From a bacterium (GTDB lineage: Bacteria > Omnitrophota > Gorgyraeia > Zapsychrales > Zapsychraceae), in NCBI GenBank assembly GCA_030429765.1, contig JAUIER010000021.1, positions 1,619 through 65,618 on the forward strand: a stretch of 64,000 bases of DNA. The letters are read 5' to 3'. The translations under genes were made by a program, and so were the position numbers. Shown here piece by piece: positions 51,109 to 60,721 of this stretch. Under the pieces are notes generated by a model. The model saw only the letters and a program-made list of their open reading frames with translations, made no database searches and was not told the DNA's origin. Positions within the stretch are counted from its first letter, which is position 1; each line of letters begins with the position of its first letter.

Positions 51109-51372
51109 ATGATTAAGTTCTCAACTACTAAACTAACGTCTAAGGGGCAAGTAGTCATCCCGGAAGATATCCGTGAACGGCTCGGCCTGAATCCGGGAAC
51201 CCAGTTCATCGTGATGGAGCAGGACGATGCCATTATTTTCAAGATCATCTCTCCCCCGGCCAAAAGTGAGTTGACCAAACTTCTAAAAAATGCCAGAAAG
51301 CAGGCTCGTCAGGCCGGCCTCAAGTCCTCTGACATTGATAAGGCCGTAAAAAAAGTCCGCGCCAAGAGATGA
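51109..51372 (+). CDS. AbrB/MazE/SpoVT-family antitoxin (VapB-like)
   Basis: Starts MIKFSTTKLTSKGQVVIPEDIRERLGL (swapped-hairpin fold), with an AAAGGAGG RBS. Overlaps the toxin gene by 4 bp. Confidence 0.7.
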   Translation: MIKFSTTKLTSKGQVVIPEDIRERLGLNPGTQFIVMEQDDAIIFKIISPPAKSELTKLLKNARKQARQAGLKSSDIDKAVKKVRAKR

Positions 51373-51776
51373 ATGTCATTTTGGATACCAACGTTTTCGT
51401 GTCCGGACTGTTTTTTAAGTCCGGCCCACCTGGCAAGATTATGGATGCCCTCATTGCTGAAAGATTTAAATTGATTATCTCCCCTCCAATCTTCGCCGAA
51501 TACCTTCGAACAGTAGCTGCGTTGAACGCAGATTACCCACAGATAAATACAGAAGCCCTTTTAGATATAGTATTTCTTAAATCTATTCTGTACGAACCGA
51601 TGGAATTATCCGAACCAGTCACTGCCGACCCCAAAGATGACATGTTTATTGCCTGCGCTTTAGCCAGTAAATGCGGATTGATCGTCAGCGGCGATAAACA
51701 TCTTCTCAATGTTTCTGGACATCAGGGCATCAAGGTTTTAAAACCACGCCAGTTCTACGATGAACATCTGAGTTAG
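51369..51776 (+). CDS. PIN-domain toxin (TIGR00305-type)
   Basis: ILDTNVFVSG ... ADPKDDMFIACA ... IVSGDKHLL acidic PIN residues. Confidence 0.7.
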   Translation: MNVILDTNVFVSGLFFKSGPPGKIMDALIAERFKLIISPPIFAEYLRTVAALNADYPQINTEALLDIVFLKSILYEPMELSEPVTADPKDDMFIACALASKCGLIVSGDKHLLNVSGHQGIKVLKPRQFYDEHLS

Positions 51777-51887
51777 TCCTCCCATATCGATTTTTAAATT
51801 CTATGATGGTAAGTATTGTGTCGAGCTTTGAGCGCACATTCCTGCCAATGATATAATTCTTATAAACTCATTCACAGGAGTGACCCC

Positions 51888-52931
51888 ATGCTTTTCTCTA
51901 ACCAATTCATCAATCTATTCTCGGAACTCACCCAAAGTCATCTAAAGAACCAAATCGCATTCCTTAAGGTCGAGAATCAAATCCTCCGCAACAAGTGTCC
52001 GTACAAACGCATGGTTTTAACCGACAAGGAACGGAACCGGTTGATCAAATTCGGCCACCCTCTCGGTGGAGATATCAAACAGATTATTTCCATCGTTAAT
52101 TCCAGAACCTTTTACGCCTGGATTCAAAAACAACGCAACCCTAGTTATGGGTCTCAAAGGCGGGGCCGGCCACGTAAACTCACCATAACCATTAAAGAAC
52201 TGATTGTTGAAATGGCAAAGCGCAATAAATGGGGTTACACGAAGATTATCGGTGAACTGAAAAAACTGGGTATTATCAAAACCTCAAAAACGTCGGTTAA
52301 AAACGTGTTGATGGAGTATGGAATTGATCCGTTAAGCATCCGATCTGAAGGATCATGGGACCAGTTCTTAAAGCGAACCTTTCAAACATTATGGGCGTGC
52401 GACTTCTTTGCCAAAACCGTCTGGACTCCCCTGGGCCCCAAAATCTTTTACTGCCTCTTTTTTATTAATGTACGGAGTCGTAAGGTCCATATTGCCGGTA
52501 TAACGACCAACCCTAACAAACAATGGACCTTGACCCAGATAGAGAAACTTAAGTCAACATTTCAGGATGAGCTCGTTGAAAAAGCGGTCCTGATCCGGGA
52601 CCGAGACACTAAGTATTCCCATGAATTTGATAAATTCTTCAAAGATCAGGGCATCAAAGTTTTACCCACCCCCTACCGTTCACCGAATATGAATCCCTAT
52701 GCCGAAAGCTGGGTAGCTACGATCAAACGGGAATGCTTAAATCATTTTATTGTCCTGGGACGAGTGCATCTTGAATATTTGATCAGGGAATTCGTCAGTT
52801 ACTATAATCATCACCGGCCTCATTCGTCGATGAACAATGAACCGTTGACACAATACAAGAAGACCAAGTATGGAAAAATCCTCGCGAAGCCGGTGCTCGG
52901 AGGATTGATTCATGATTATTATATTGAATAA
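51888..52931 (+). mobile_element. DDE transposase/integrase (rve catalytic core with an N-terminal HTH); single-ORF IS-type
   Basis: The DDE-fold region (WACDF ... RDRDTKY ... ESW.ATIKRE) is typical of the rve family. Confidence 0.6.
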
Positions 52932-53093
52932 GTAATTATGAATTTCATTAGGAATTTATTTTACTACGGAAGGAGTGTATGCAAGACCCTCAATTTCAAT
53001 ATGAATATTCTTTTTCAATCGCAGAATGACCCTTTGTTTGTGATTCATCCCACCCTAAAATCCACATCAAAGCGGGTGAGCTAATTATTGTAC

Positions 53094-53249
53094 TCACCTC
53101 ATTCGAAAATTTTTAAAATTTTTTGGGTTACTACTGATATTTTGACACGGAATTTCTGCACCTACAGTGGCGCCAACATCAACTTGCGTTAATAAGCCAC
53201 CTACTCCTCCAGCCCCTTGGATTGATTGTGACAGGTCCAAGCCCCACAC
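53094..53249 (-). pseudogene. truncated RHS-core remnant (51 codons), a degenerate copy of the 5' end of the downstream RHS cassette
   Basis: Encodes VWGLDLSQSIQGAGGVGGLLTQVDVGA and then terminates. It is about 75% identical over roughly 80 nt to 54665-54744. Confidence 0.5.
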
Positions 53250-53375
53250 GAATAGGGGTATGCAAAATTTCGCCTATAAGCGTTTTTGGACTCACTTATC
53301 TTTCAAAGAACGAACCCGTTCTGGTGGGAACGGGGCAAACAACACGATCATTTTCTACTGACACGTATTACATTG

Positions 53376-53783
53376 TCATTCGCTTATTGTCATATTCTCT
53401 ATACTCTTGGGGTGCTCCGCTAACCATTGCACGTACCGTACAGGCTCTTCTTCCCATTTCTTAATTCTTCGTTTATTCCACCGATTTTCCAACTTCACTG
53501 TAATTTCATCGAATCTGCTAAGTCGATGAGTAATCACCTCTTTGCTGAATACTTTGGTTTGATCTAACTTTCGCCAATTTTCAATACCAATATTAGAAGC
53601 CTGGGCTTCCTGCATGATAGATAAAGCAATATTAACTTTTTCATCTACTAATTGATTGTTTAGCGTTCGCTGAATAACGAAGTAACTAGCTAATGCTAGC
53701 ACAAGCAATGTGGTGACTGCTAGCCTTCGATTCGACAAGCTATTCAATAACCTCTTTAATTTCAGTTTCCTCTTCTTCTCCAC
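53376..53783 (-). CDS. candidate RHS-toxin immunity protein (hypothetical, membrane-anchored)
   Basis: Sits immediately downstream of, and overlapping, the RHS C-terminal toxin ORF; N-terminal TM helix; AT-rich. Confidence 0.4.
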   Translation of the reverse strand: MEKKRKLKLKRLLNSLSNRRLAVTTLLVLALASYFVIQRTLNNQLVDEKVNIALSIMQEAQASNIGIENWRKLDQTKVFSKEVITHRLSRFDEITVKLENRWNKRRIKKWEEEPVRYVQWLAEHPKSIENMTISE

Positions 53784-54744
53784 AGCAACAATTCCATTCT
53801 ATAACTAACTTCCGGTGAATATTATTACTAGTTTTAGCATTTGCTCTAATTGTCGGCGACCCAGTTGTTGAGATTAATGGACCTGCACGTGTTTCTTCAT
53901 TAAATTGTACTGTATCATTAGGCCAAATTAAATCATCAAACCTTGCATAAAAGGCTAGGCCTTCAATTGTAATTCTACCCTTTGTTCCCAATCCAAAATC
54001 AGACGTCCTCCAATGATCTTCCATGCCTTTCAAAGATGAAGGTATTTTGCCGTGTGCATAGTACCAACGTTCCGTATAGTTAAACGTTTTGCCGTTATCA
54101 CGATTTCCCAAACTACCATAATTAGAAAGCAATTTATCTGTCGTAATATCGTTGTCGTTCTGATCTTTAATGTCTAAAGAATGCACTATTTTCTGAGCTA
54201 CTACACCATTATCCCTTTCATAATTCTCGGCTCCTTTTATAAGCCAGCGAATACCCCACCAAGCCAAACCACACTTGCCGGTCTTAATGCTGGACAGGTT
54301 CACATAGTTCAAAATGAACTTTGGCTTATACGTGGTTAATCCGTCTTTGTCAAAATTCTTTATAGGATCATTTAAAACGAAATTATAAAGACTTTGACCA
54401 TCCTTTACATCAATCGGATCCCTATTCAGCCATCTCCCCGTATCCGGATCATAAAACCTTAGCCCGTAATAGTACAGACCATAGTTATCATCCAGATACT
54501 TTGTACTGAACCGGTATGGATTCCCCGCAGCGACTGCGCCGCTGGCAAGGATAGAATTACCATAAGGATCGTATTCATAGTGTGCGTCTATCGACCCATC
54601 CGAATTGTCGATCAGCTGACCCACATTCCCATTGCCGTCATAGAGATAGGCGTAGGATTTCACCGCGCCTATATCTACTTGTGTCAGAAGGCCTCCGATG
54701 CCGCCTGCGCCTTGCATGGATTGAGAAAGATCCAGTCCCCACAC
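53740..54744 (-). CDS. orphan RHS C-terminal cassette: end of the RHS core (YD repeats, PxxxxDPxGL-like DKDGL) followed by an unknown toxin domain of about 190 aa
   Basis: YLYDGNGNV, YEYDPYGN, YYYGLRFYDPDTGRWLNRDPI and DKDGL motifs. GTG start with no upstream RHS repeats in frame. Confidence 0.7.
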   Translation of the reverse strand: MWGLDLSQSMQGAGGIGGLLTQVDIGAVKSYAYLYDGNGNVGQLIDNSDGSIDAHYEYDPYGNSILASGAVAAGNPYRFSTKYLDDNYGLYYYGLRFYDPDTGRWLNRDPIDVKDGQSLYNFVLNDPIKNFDKDGLTTYKPKFILNYVNLSSIKTGKCGLAWWGIRWLIKGAENYERDNGVVAQKIVHSLDIKDQNDNDITTDKLLSNYGSLGNRDNGKTFNYTERWYYAHGKIPSSLKGMEDHWRTSDFGLGTKGRITIEGLAFYARFDDLIWPNDTVQFNEETRAGPLISTTGSPTIRANAKTSNNIHRKLVIEWNCCCGEEEETEIKEVIE

Positions 54745-54893
54745 AGACTGGACTTCGTATTCTCGCCGGGTGTGCGTTTTTTTTGATGCCCTATATCACT
54801 ATCAAAGAACTGTATTATTTTAACAACTTATTAGATATATGTAAACAAACAGAATCGTGTTGGAACATAGCCAGCTATTCTTAAAATTATATT

Positions 54894-55616
54894 TCAACTA
54901 TTTAATTGAATATGCTGTTTTAATAATTTTGCCGCCATCCACGCTTCATGATGACAATGCCGAAACTTGTCCTTTGACCCACAAAAACAAAGCGTTTGTC
55001 TGGTTATTTCCTCCGAGGAATGAATAATATCTTGGTTTCGCTTCATTAGTGAGTTTATCGTTTCCAATACTAAAGTTTTCTTATTGCTTATCTGATTAAT
55101 AGTTTCTGCAAAACATTCCAATATGCCGGGATCACCGTGACTGTAATCTTTCCAGGCCCAATGACCATTTTTCTCAAAATAACTTTGAGCGTAAAAGAAG
55201 GGTATCACCAATATAGTAAGCAATTCCACTACTGTATAGTTAGCTGTCAGTTTAATCTTTTCTACGGCTTTGGGGCATAAACAAAGATCGCCTCTCGGAT
55301 TTACATGTAAATCGCCCATCGGTATTTTGCTTCTAACCGAAAATCTTTCTAAACGTTTCCCCGTTTCATATACTTTTGGAACAAAAAGGTCTTTTTTATA
55401 TTCAATTTTAATGTGGTACTTATCCTTAACATAATATGGGGACACCTGCTTCACTTGATCTGGAAAGATTGTATATTTTTCGGCGGCGGCTGGGTCATAC
55501 AGCATATCAAATTCCAGCTCACCATATATAAGTGGCAATCCGTTAATTTCATCGACCGTTAATCCAGAAAATCGTTTATGTAACCATTTTATTTCCTCAC
55601 CTGATATTGTTTTCAT
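54894..55616 (-). CDS. E2-like (UBC-fold) protein with a C-terminal SEC-C motif; candidate Cap2-like E2-only component of a CBASS operon
   Basis: The HVNPRGDLCLCP motif resembles the E2 HPN...G.ICL active site. The C-terminal CFCGSKDKFRHCH resembles a SEC-C motif. It follows the CD-NTase gene with a 3-bp gap. Confidence 0.45.
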   Translation of the reverse strand: MKTISGEEIKWLHKRFSGLTVDEINGLPLIYGELEFDMLYDPAAAEKYTIFPDQVKQVSPYYVKDKYHIKIEYKKDLFVPKVYETGKRLERFSVRSKIPMGDLHVNPRGDLCLCPKAVEKIKLTANYTVVELLTILVIPFFYAQSYFEKNGHWAWKDYSHGDPGILECFAETINQISNKKTLVLETINSLMKRNQDIIHSSEEITRQTLCFCGSKDKFRHCHHEAWMAAKLLKQHIQLNS

Positions 55617-55619
55617 GGG

Positions 55620-56831
55620 TCATTGAACCAAATGCCTCCCCGATGGCTTGGAATTTACAACGATAGGGCCGGTATATAGTGAATCTTCTATCTTGTTACT
55701 GGATATTCCCTCTATCCTTTCAAGAGATTTTGCGTTGATTCTCGAAGAGAAGCCGCTCCTTATGTCCTCTAGCAGTTCCTCTAAATCAACCGAGGCTCCT
55801 AACTTTTGAAAATCGGATTTAGCTTTCTCCAACCAGTTCCAAAAGTGCTTTTCAAGTTCGGGCTTCTTCAACCATTTGTCTGCAAAATCTTCTCCACCAT
55901 CAATTCTTTTCGGATTCGCTGGATTCGGCACCTTAGGAAATTCTTTGTTCACATAATTTCCCATATTAGACAGGATACTATTCATAGCATCATACAAATT
56001 CGATTCACCATTATATGCTTTCGCCGCCAACGTTGTGATAAGTATTGATGCGGGTTTAAGTTCATGGTTATCCTTAAACGTTTGATCACGATGCCGCTTT
56101 AATATTTGAACACAACGCTGAAGGGGTGTTTTCCACATAAATGTTGGCAATTCCTCGATATTTGCCGCTTCGTAAAGTTTGATACGTTCAGCAAGAAATT
56201 GCTCTGCTAATCTAGCCCTAGATTCAAACCATCTAGCATATCCTTCCGGATTACTGATTAGCCAGCGGTCACAAATCTGGTCATATTCCGGATGTCGATC
56301 ATCTGTAATGTTCACCGTTAAACCAGAAATGGCTTGAGATAAGCTTTCGCCTACCCCTGATCTAATCAAGTAATTTAGAATTTCTGCTCGTTTAGAAGAG
56401 TCCGCAGGGATACATGGTACTATATCCATATAAAAACTTAAATCGTCAGCATATTTTAATCGCCAGCAACGATGCTTTTCTTCAATTGGTGATTTTATCG
56501 AGTTGTAATCACGGTACGCCTCAATTTCTTTTCCAATAAGCCGTTTTAGATAGCATTGGGTATGCGTATGTGGAAAAATACCCTCTGTGAGTTCGCATGC
56601 TAAATCCAAGTCGTAAGGCGCATTTTCATCAACGGGATATGTAGCTGTTCCTAATCGAAACGACCCTTGAGGAAAAATATGTGGTTTGTTGATTTTACAA
56701 TTGGCCCCATCTCGTCTAAGCCATCTTGCCATATCTTCATATCTAGACCTTGCTCTTTCGTAAGCTGAGTCCGGCAACTCTAAAGACTCGGCTATTGACT
56801 CTAATATTTTGCTAATTAGTTGTTGTTTCAC
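55620..56831 (-). CDS. cGAS/DncV-like nucleotidyltransferase (CD-NTase, SMODS-type), CBASS cyclase
   Basis: GSFRLGTATYP...DLDLA pol-beta NTase motif (GS...[DE]h[DE]h) and a typical N-terminal helix (SAYERARSRYEDMARWL). Confidence 0.6.
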   Translation of the reverse strand: MKQQLISKILESIAESLELPDSAYERARSRYEDMARWLRRDGANCKINKPHIFPQGSFRLGTATYPVDENAPYDLDLACELTEGIFPHTHTQCYLKRLIGKEIEAYRDYNSIKSPIEEKHRCWRLKYADDLSFYMDIVPCIPADSSKRAEILNYLIRSGVGESLSQAISGLTVNITDDRHPEYDQICDRWLISNPEGYARWFESRARLAEQFLAERIKLYEAANIEELPTFMWKTPLQRCVQILKRHRDQTFKDNHELKPASILITTLAAKAYNGESNLYDAMNSILSNMGNYVNKEFPKVPNPANPKRIDGGEDFADKWLKKPELEKHFWNWLEKAKSDFQKLGASVDLEELLEDIRSGFSSRINAKSLERIEGISSNKIEDSLYTGPIVVNSKPSGRHLVQ

Positions 56832-56840
56832 TTTATCCTC

Positions 56841-57776
56841 CTAAAGCTTGTGTTCAGGTTCAAATGGATCGGCTTTATGATCCATAAATTTATTTTTGAA
56901 CAATGGTACGACGCTTCGACTAAAACTGGCCGCCTTGCTTAACAAATCTTTCTCCGACAATTTATCAAGTTCAAATAATTGGTCTGGAACTTTTGGATCA
57001 ACTCTTAACACATTATCTTCTCCCAATAGGAGTGATATTTGAGCGTTAACTCCCATACTTTGACCTCGCAGGGCTACTTGTATTGCTTGTTTTTTCCATT
57101 GCCACAGCCCGCCTCTGTTTAAATTCTCCGGCCTATGCACTACTTGGTCAGTGGTGCCGAGGCTCAAGATTCGTATTTGCTCCAAAGATATACCCAGAAA
57201 TGATATAGCTTCAACAACTCCAATCATTGAAGGATTATTTGCCCAAACGCCACCGTCGATATGTCGTATATGATCAATTTCAGTACATGCTGGAAAATAG
57301 GTTGGTGCGGCACTTGTTGCTAAGGCCACCTTCCACGCCGGGACTTTAAAATCCCTCCCCAATCTATCATGGTGAGCGGTTTTAAATAAGTACACGCCGT
57401 CATCTCCGATGTTATATGATGGAATTACTAACCTGTTACTACTCTCACCAAATAACCTGTCTCCAAAACAATTCGGATCTCTTAATGCCTCTTTTAACGG
57501 TTCTTGAGCATATTTGTTCCGAAATAAATTTGTTCGCTTGTTACCGAAGATTGATTTACCTTTATTTACATAAAAATTTACGATTTCTCGAGGATGAAGT
57601 CCCAACCCAAGACCAATTGCAATAATACCCCCGGTAGACGTTCCTAATATCAAATCAAAATGTTCACGAATTGAAATTTTTAGATCGTTTTCCCAGTGGG
57701 CTAACACAGCCGCTGAGAATAAACCTTTGATACCTCCTCCATCTAATGATAATATTTGAAATTTTTTGTCAGCCAT
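56841..57776 (-). CDS. patatin-like phospholipase (CapV-like CBASS effector)
   Basis: DGGGIKG oxyanion motif, GTSTG nucleophile elbow, and DGG catalytic Asp. Confidence 0.8.
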   Translation of the reverse strand: MADKKFQILSLDGGGIKGLFSAAVLAHWENDLKISIREHFDLILGTSTGGIIAIGLGLGLHPREIVNFYVNKGKSIFGNKRTNLFRNKYAQEPLKEALRDPNCFGDRLFGESSNRLVIPSYNIGDDGVYLFKTAHHDRLGRDFKVPAWKVALATSAAPTYFPACTEIDHIRHIDGGVWANNPSMIGVVEAISFLGISLEQIRILSLGTTDQVVHRPENLNRGGLWQWKKQAIQVALRGQSMGVNAQISLLLGEDNVLRVDPKVPDQLFELDKLSEKDLLSKAASFSRSVVPLFKNKFMDHKADPFEPEHKL

Positions 57777-57806
57777 TTCTCAAATACTCCAAACTGCTGT
57801 AGGTTT

Positions 57807-58100
57807 TTAAATCACTTCTCGTTGAAATGTCGTGTTTTTACTTTGTTTAGCAACTTTCTTAAATGCTGATTGCTGTTTTAAATCTCTACTGCTATTGACT
57901 GAGTCTTTCGTTTCAACTTCAATAATTTTCCGTTGTGTACCTTTTTTGGCAATAACGTCTGGCCGATATCCACCAAAAGTCTTAGGCTTAGAAAATCCGG
58001 GCACGTCGGCGCTGACATCATATCCTAGTTGTTGAAACTTGTCGGCAAGCTGCTTAACTTTACGGTTGTGCTTTCCTTGATTTGAACTATTTCGGGGCAT
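57807..58100 (-). CDS. small hypothetical protein with a possible PD-(D/E)xK nuclease-like core
   Basis: A ...GYRPDVIAKKG...IIEVETKD pattern (D ... E.K) in 97 aa. Confidence 0.3.
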   Translation of the reverse strand: MPRNSSNQGKHNRKVKQLADKFQQLGYDVSADVPGFSKPKTFGGYRPDVIAKKGTQRKIIEVETKDSVNSSRDLKQQSAFKKVAKQSKNTTFQREVI

Positions 58101-58713
58101 ATCCTACCTCCTAATTAAGGATTTAAAAAAATGAATTCTGTTCTTGATCGGATTTGCGACTGTGCTAAACTGGGAGATAATAAATCAGAAAGGTAGGAAT
58201 CGGAGAGCAAAATGTAAGATCGTTCAACGGTTTCAGCCAATAGTCGAAGCAAGTCCATCGGTGTCGTAACACAAATACCAAATACAGTATTTCACACTAC
58301 AACATCATACTATATATAGTATTACCGAGTATTCGTATGTCAAGAAAAATTTGCCCTCCACAGATGGAATATTTTGTTCTCTCTCCTAATCGTAATCTCT
58401 AAATCAATTAATTACAGTTATTTACGATAATTTTAAAGTTCTGCCATTTTTTATGTTTTTTTTAGAATAAATGGAGTTTTTAGGCGAGTTTCTACTTAAT
58501 GGATGTTTCGGCTATAGCATAACAACGCCTATTCCTCGGCGTGGAACCCAATAGGCTTCTTTTTCGGCTTCCTGAACCCGAAAATACAGGCCAGAATTCC
58601 CAAAATCGTCCGCAGAATTAGGATAATCAGCCGGATGATAAACTTCACAAGCCAATATCCGCATAAATAGGCGAGCGTGTAACGGGTAGGATTATGTCTC
58701 ATATGCATCCATT

Positions 58714-59646
58714 TTACCTTGCACTGTCTTTCTCCCGTGGGTGGGTCTTTTGGTGGGTTTTGCGTAGATCGGTGATATTTAAACGCACATAATGCTTGAG
58801 CGTGTCCAGCGATTCATGGCCCAATAGTTCTTTGACGTGGTAAATGTTGGCCCCGGCCCGGATCATTTCAGTGGTGCAACTGCGCCGGAACGTATGGCTT
58901 GATACCCGCACATCAAAATCCAAATTATCCGTATATTTCTTAAGCCAGTTTTTAATGATGTGATACGCACAACGGTTGCCCCGCTCCGTTACAAAAAGGG
59001 CTTGCTCACGGGGATTGCTTATCAAAAACGGCCTGATCCCGACTATGTAACTTTCCACATACCGTAAAGCCGTCTTGCCAATCGGCACGATACGGTCTTT
59101 ATTGCCCTTGCCATGCACCAAAGCCGTACCGTGATCAAGATTAACTTCTACCACATCAAGCCCCAACACTTCACTCACCCGTAAACCACAGGAATACATC
59201 AACTCCAAAAGTGTGCGGTTGCGGTAACCGATTAATGTTGTCGTATCAATGCTGTTAAACAACTGTTTTACCTGCGTGTGAGTTAGGACGTTTTGCGGTA
59301 GCAAGCGTGGCATCTTAACCCGCTTTAATGCTTTGGGAATATCCTTAAGCACATAACCCCGTACTGCCAGATAAGTCAGCCATCCCCGTACACTGTTAAT
59401 CCGAATATTCATGGTGCTGGGCTTTAACGGTAATCCTTTTACCGTACGCCAGTTTAATAAATGGGCGTGCCATGCGTCGATATGCCGGATATGGATTTGT
59501 TCGGGCGTATCAACCTGTTGGTACAATGTCATCCACTGGATAAACCCGTCCACCGACTTGCAGATTTTCTTAACGGTCATCTCGCTGTAATACTGCGCCC
59601 GCAGGTGTTGTAAATATTCCAGTTTTAATTCATCCAATGTCTTCAT
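58714..59646 (-). CDS. tyrosine recombinase/integrase (XerC/D-like)
   Basis: R...HxxR...Y catalytic residues (HTFRRSCTT ... LLGHESLDTLKHYV). Start reset to MKTLDELK so that it abuts the upstream recombinase. Confidence 0.8.
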   Translation of the reverse strand: MKTLDELKLEYLQHLRAQYYSEMTVKKICKSVDGFIQWMTLYQQVDTPEQIHIRHIDAWHAHLLNWRTVKGLPLKPSTMNIRINSVRGWLTYLAVRGYVLKDIPKALKRVKMPRLLPQNVLTHTQVKQLFNSIDTTTLIGYRNRTLLELMYSCGLRVSEVLGLDVVEVNLDHGTALVHGKGNKDRIVPIGKTALRYVESYIVGIRPFLISNPREQALFVTERGNRCAYHIIKNWLKKYTDNLDFDVRVSSHTFRRSCTTEMIRAGANIYHVKELLGHESLDTLKHYVRLNITDLRKTHQKTHPREKDSAR

Positions 59647-60555
59647 TGCCCCGGCCTTGTCTTTTTGTGTGTTTTGATCATATCCGTGATCCGTATCTGT
59701 AAGTATTGCGAAAGTGATTTCAATGAGGCGTGGCCTAACAACATTTGCAGCTGTACCGGGTGCGCCCCGTTCATCAGCATATGCGTGGCACATGCCCGTC
59801 TTAGACTATGCGCCGAAATACTCTTAAGAATGCCTGCTTCTTGTACATACGCCCGGATCATTTGATCCACCCGTGTCCCGCTGATTGCCCGCCCGTCTTT
59901 GGTCAACCACAACTCCGCTAAATCTTCTTTGTTGGCTATTAGTTTCTGACGGGCGTCGTTGATGTATTCTTTTAGCCAGCGTCTTGCGTGTTTACCTAAC
60001 GGCACCATCCGTTCTTTACGCCCTTTACCGAACACACGAATCCGGCCCCTTTCAAAATTTACGTCCTGCGTTCGCATGGATAAAAGTTCTCCTCGGCGCA
60101 CGCCTGTCGTATACATTACCTCAAGGATCGCCCGGTCACGCACCCCGAATACCGTTGTCGTGTCCGGCATGCTTAACAGTTGTTCCATCTCTTTTTGAGT
60201 CGGCACTGGCTGTAAATGACGATTAGCCCGGGGAATCGTTAATTGATCCGCCGGATTAAAAAAGATAAACCGCCCTTCCTCCAGAAAATCGTCTGATACT
60301 CCACAAATATCCGCTAACGCTGTTGACCGTACAACCCCGTTCAAAAATATGTCCCCGGTAACTTTCCAGATCGCTCAACTGCACATCAGCCAGACGGTCA
60401 CAGCCCGTACCGTTTAGATAGACCAGTAAATCCACAACCGCTTGTTGACGGAGGGTGACGGTTCTAACGCTGTAATTCTGTTGCCGGATCGAAGCGATAA
60501 ATGCTTGTAATTCTTCGACCCCGAATCCTGTATAGGGTGGTTTGGCTTTTCGCAT
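59643..60555 (-). pseudogene. second tyrosine recombinase, split into two ORFs by a +1 frameshift at a C4/G4 homopolymer (about 60335-60338); either a pseudogene or a sequencing error
   Basis: The N-terminal SAM-like domain ORF (60256-60555) and the catalytic-domain ORF (59643-60344) overlap. Removing one G restores ...HIFERVVRSTALADI... Confidence 0.6.
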
Positions 60556-60721
60556 AATGTTGACCTGTCTCTATGATGCTACTTTTTATTTATGTATATA
60601 TAATCCGTCGGATTATGGGATGTTACCATTAACTTATTTAATTGCTGTTGGTTATGTCAATTTTAACAGCGGAAAGGTACTTAAAAGGTGGGTGAAAGCT
60701 CCTGAAAGCTGTTGAATGCTA

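Noticed and set aside
53167-53361. 64-aa plus-strand ORF from the track
   Set aside because: The real signal here is the minus-strand RHS-core remnant plus a downstream hairpin; the plus-strand ORF has no support
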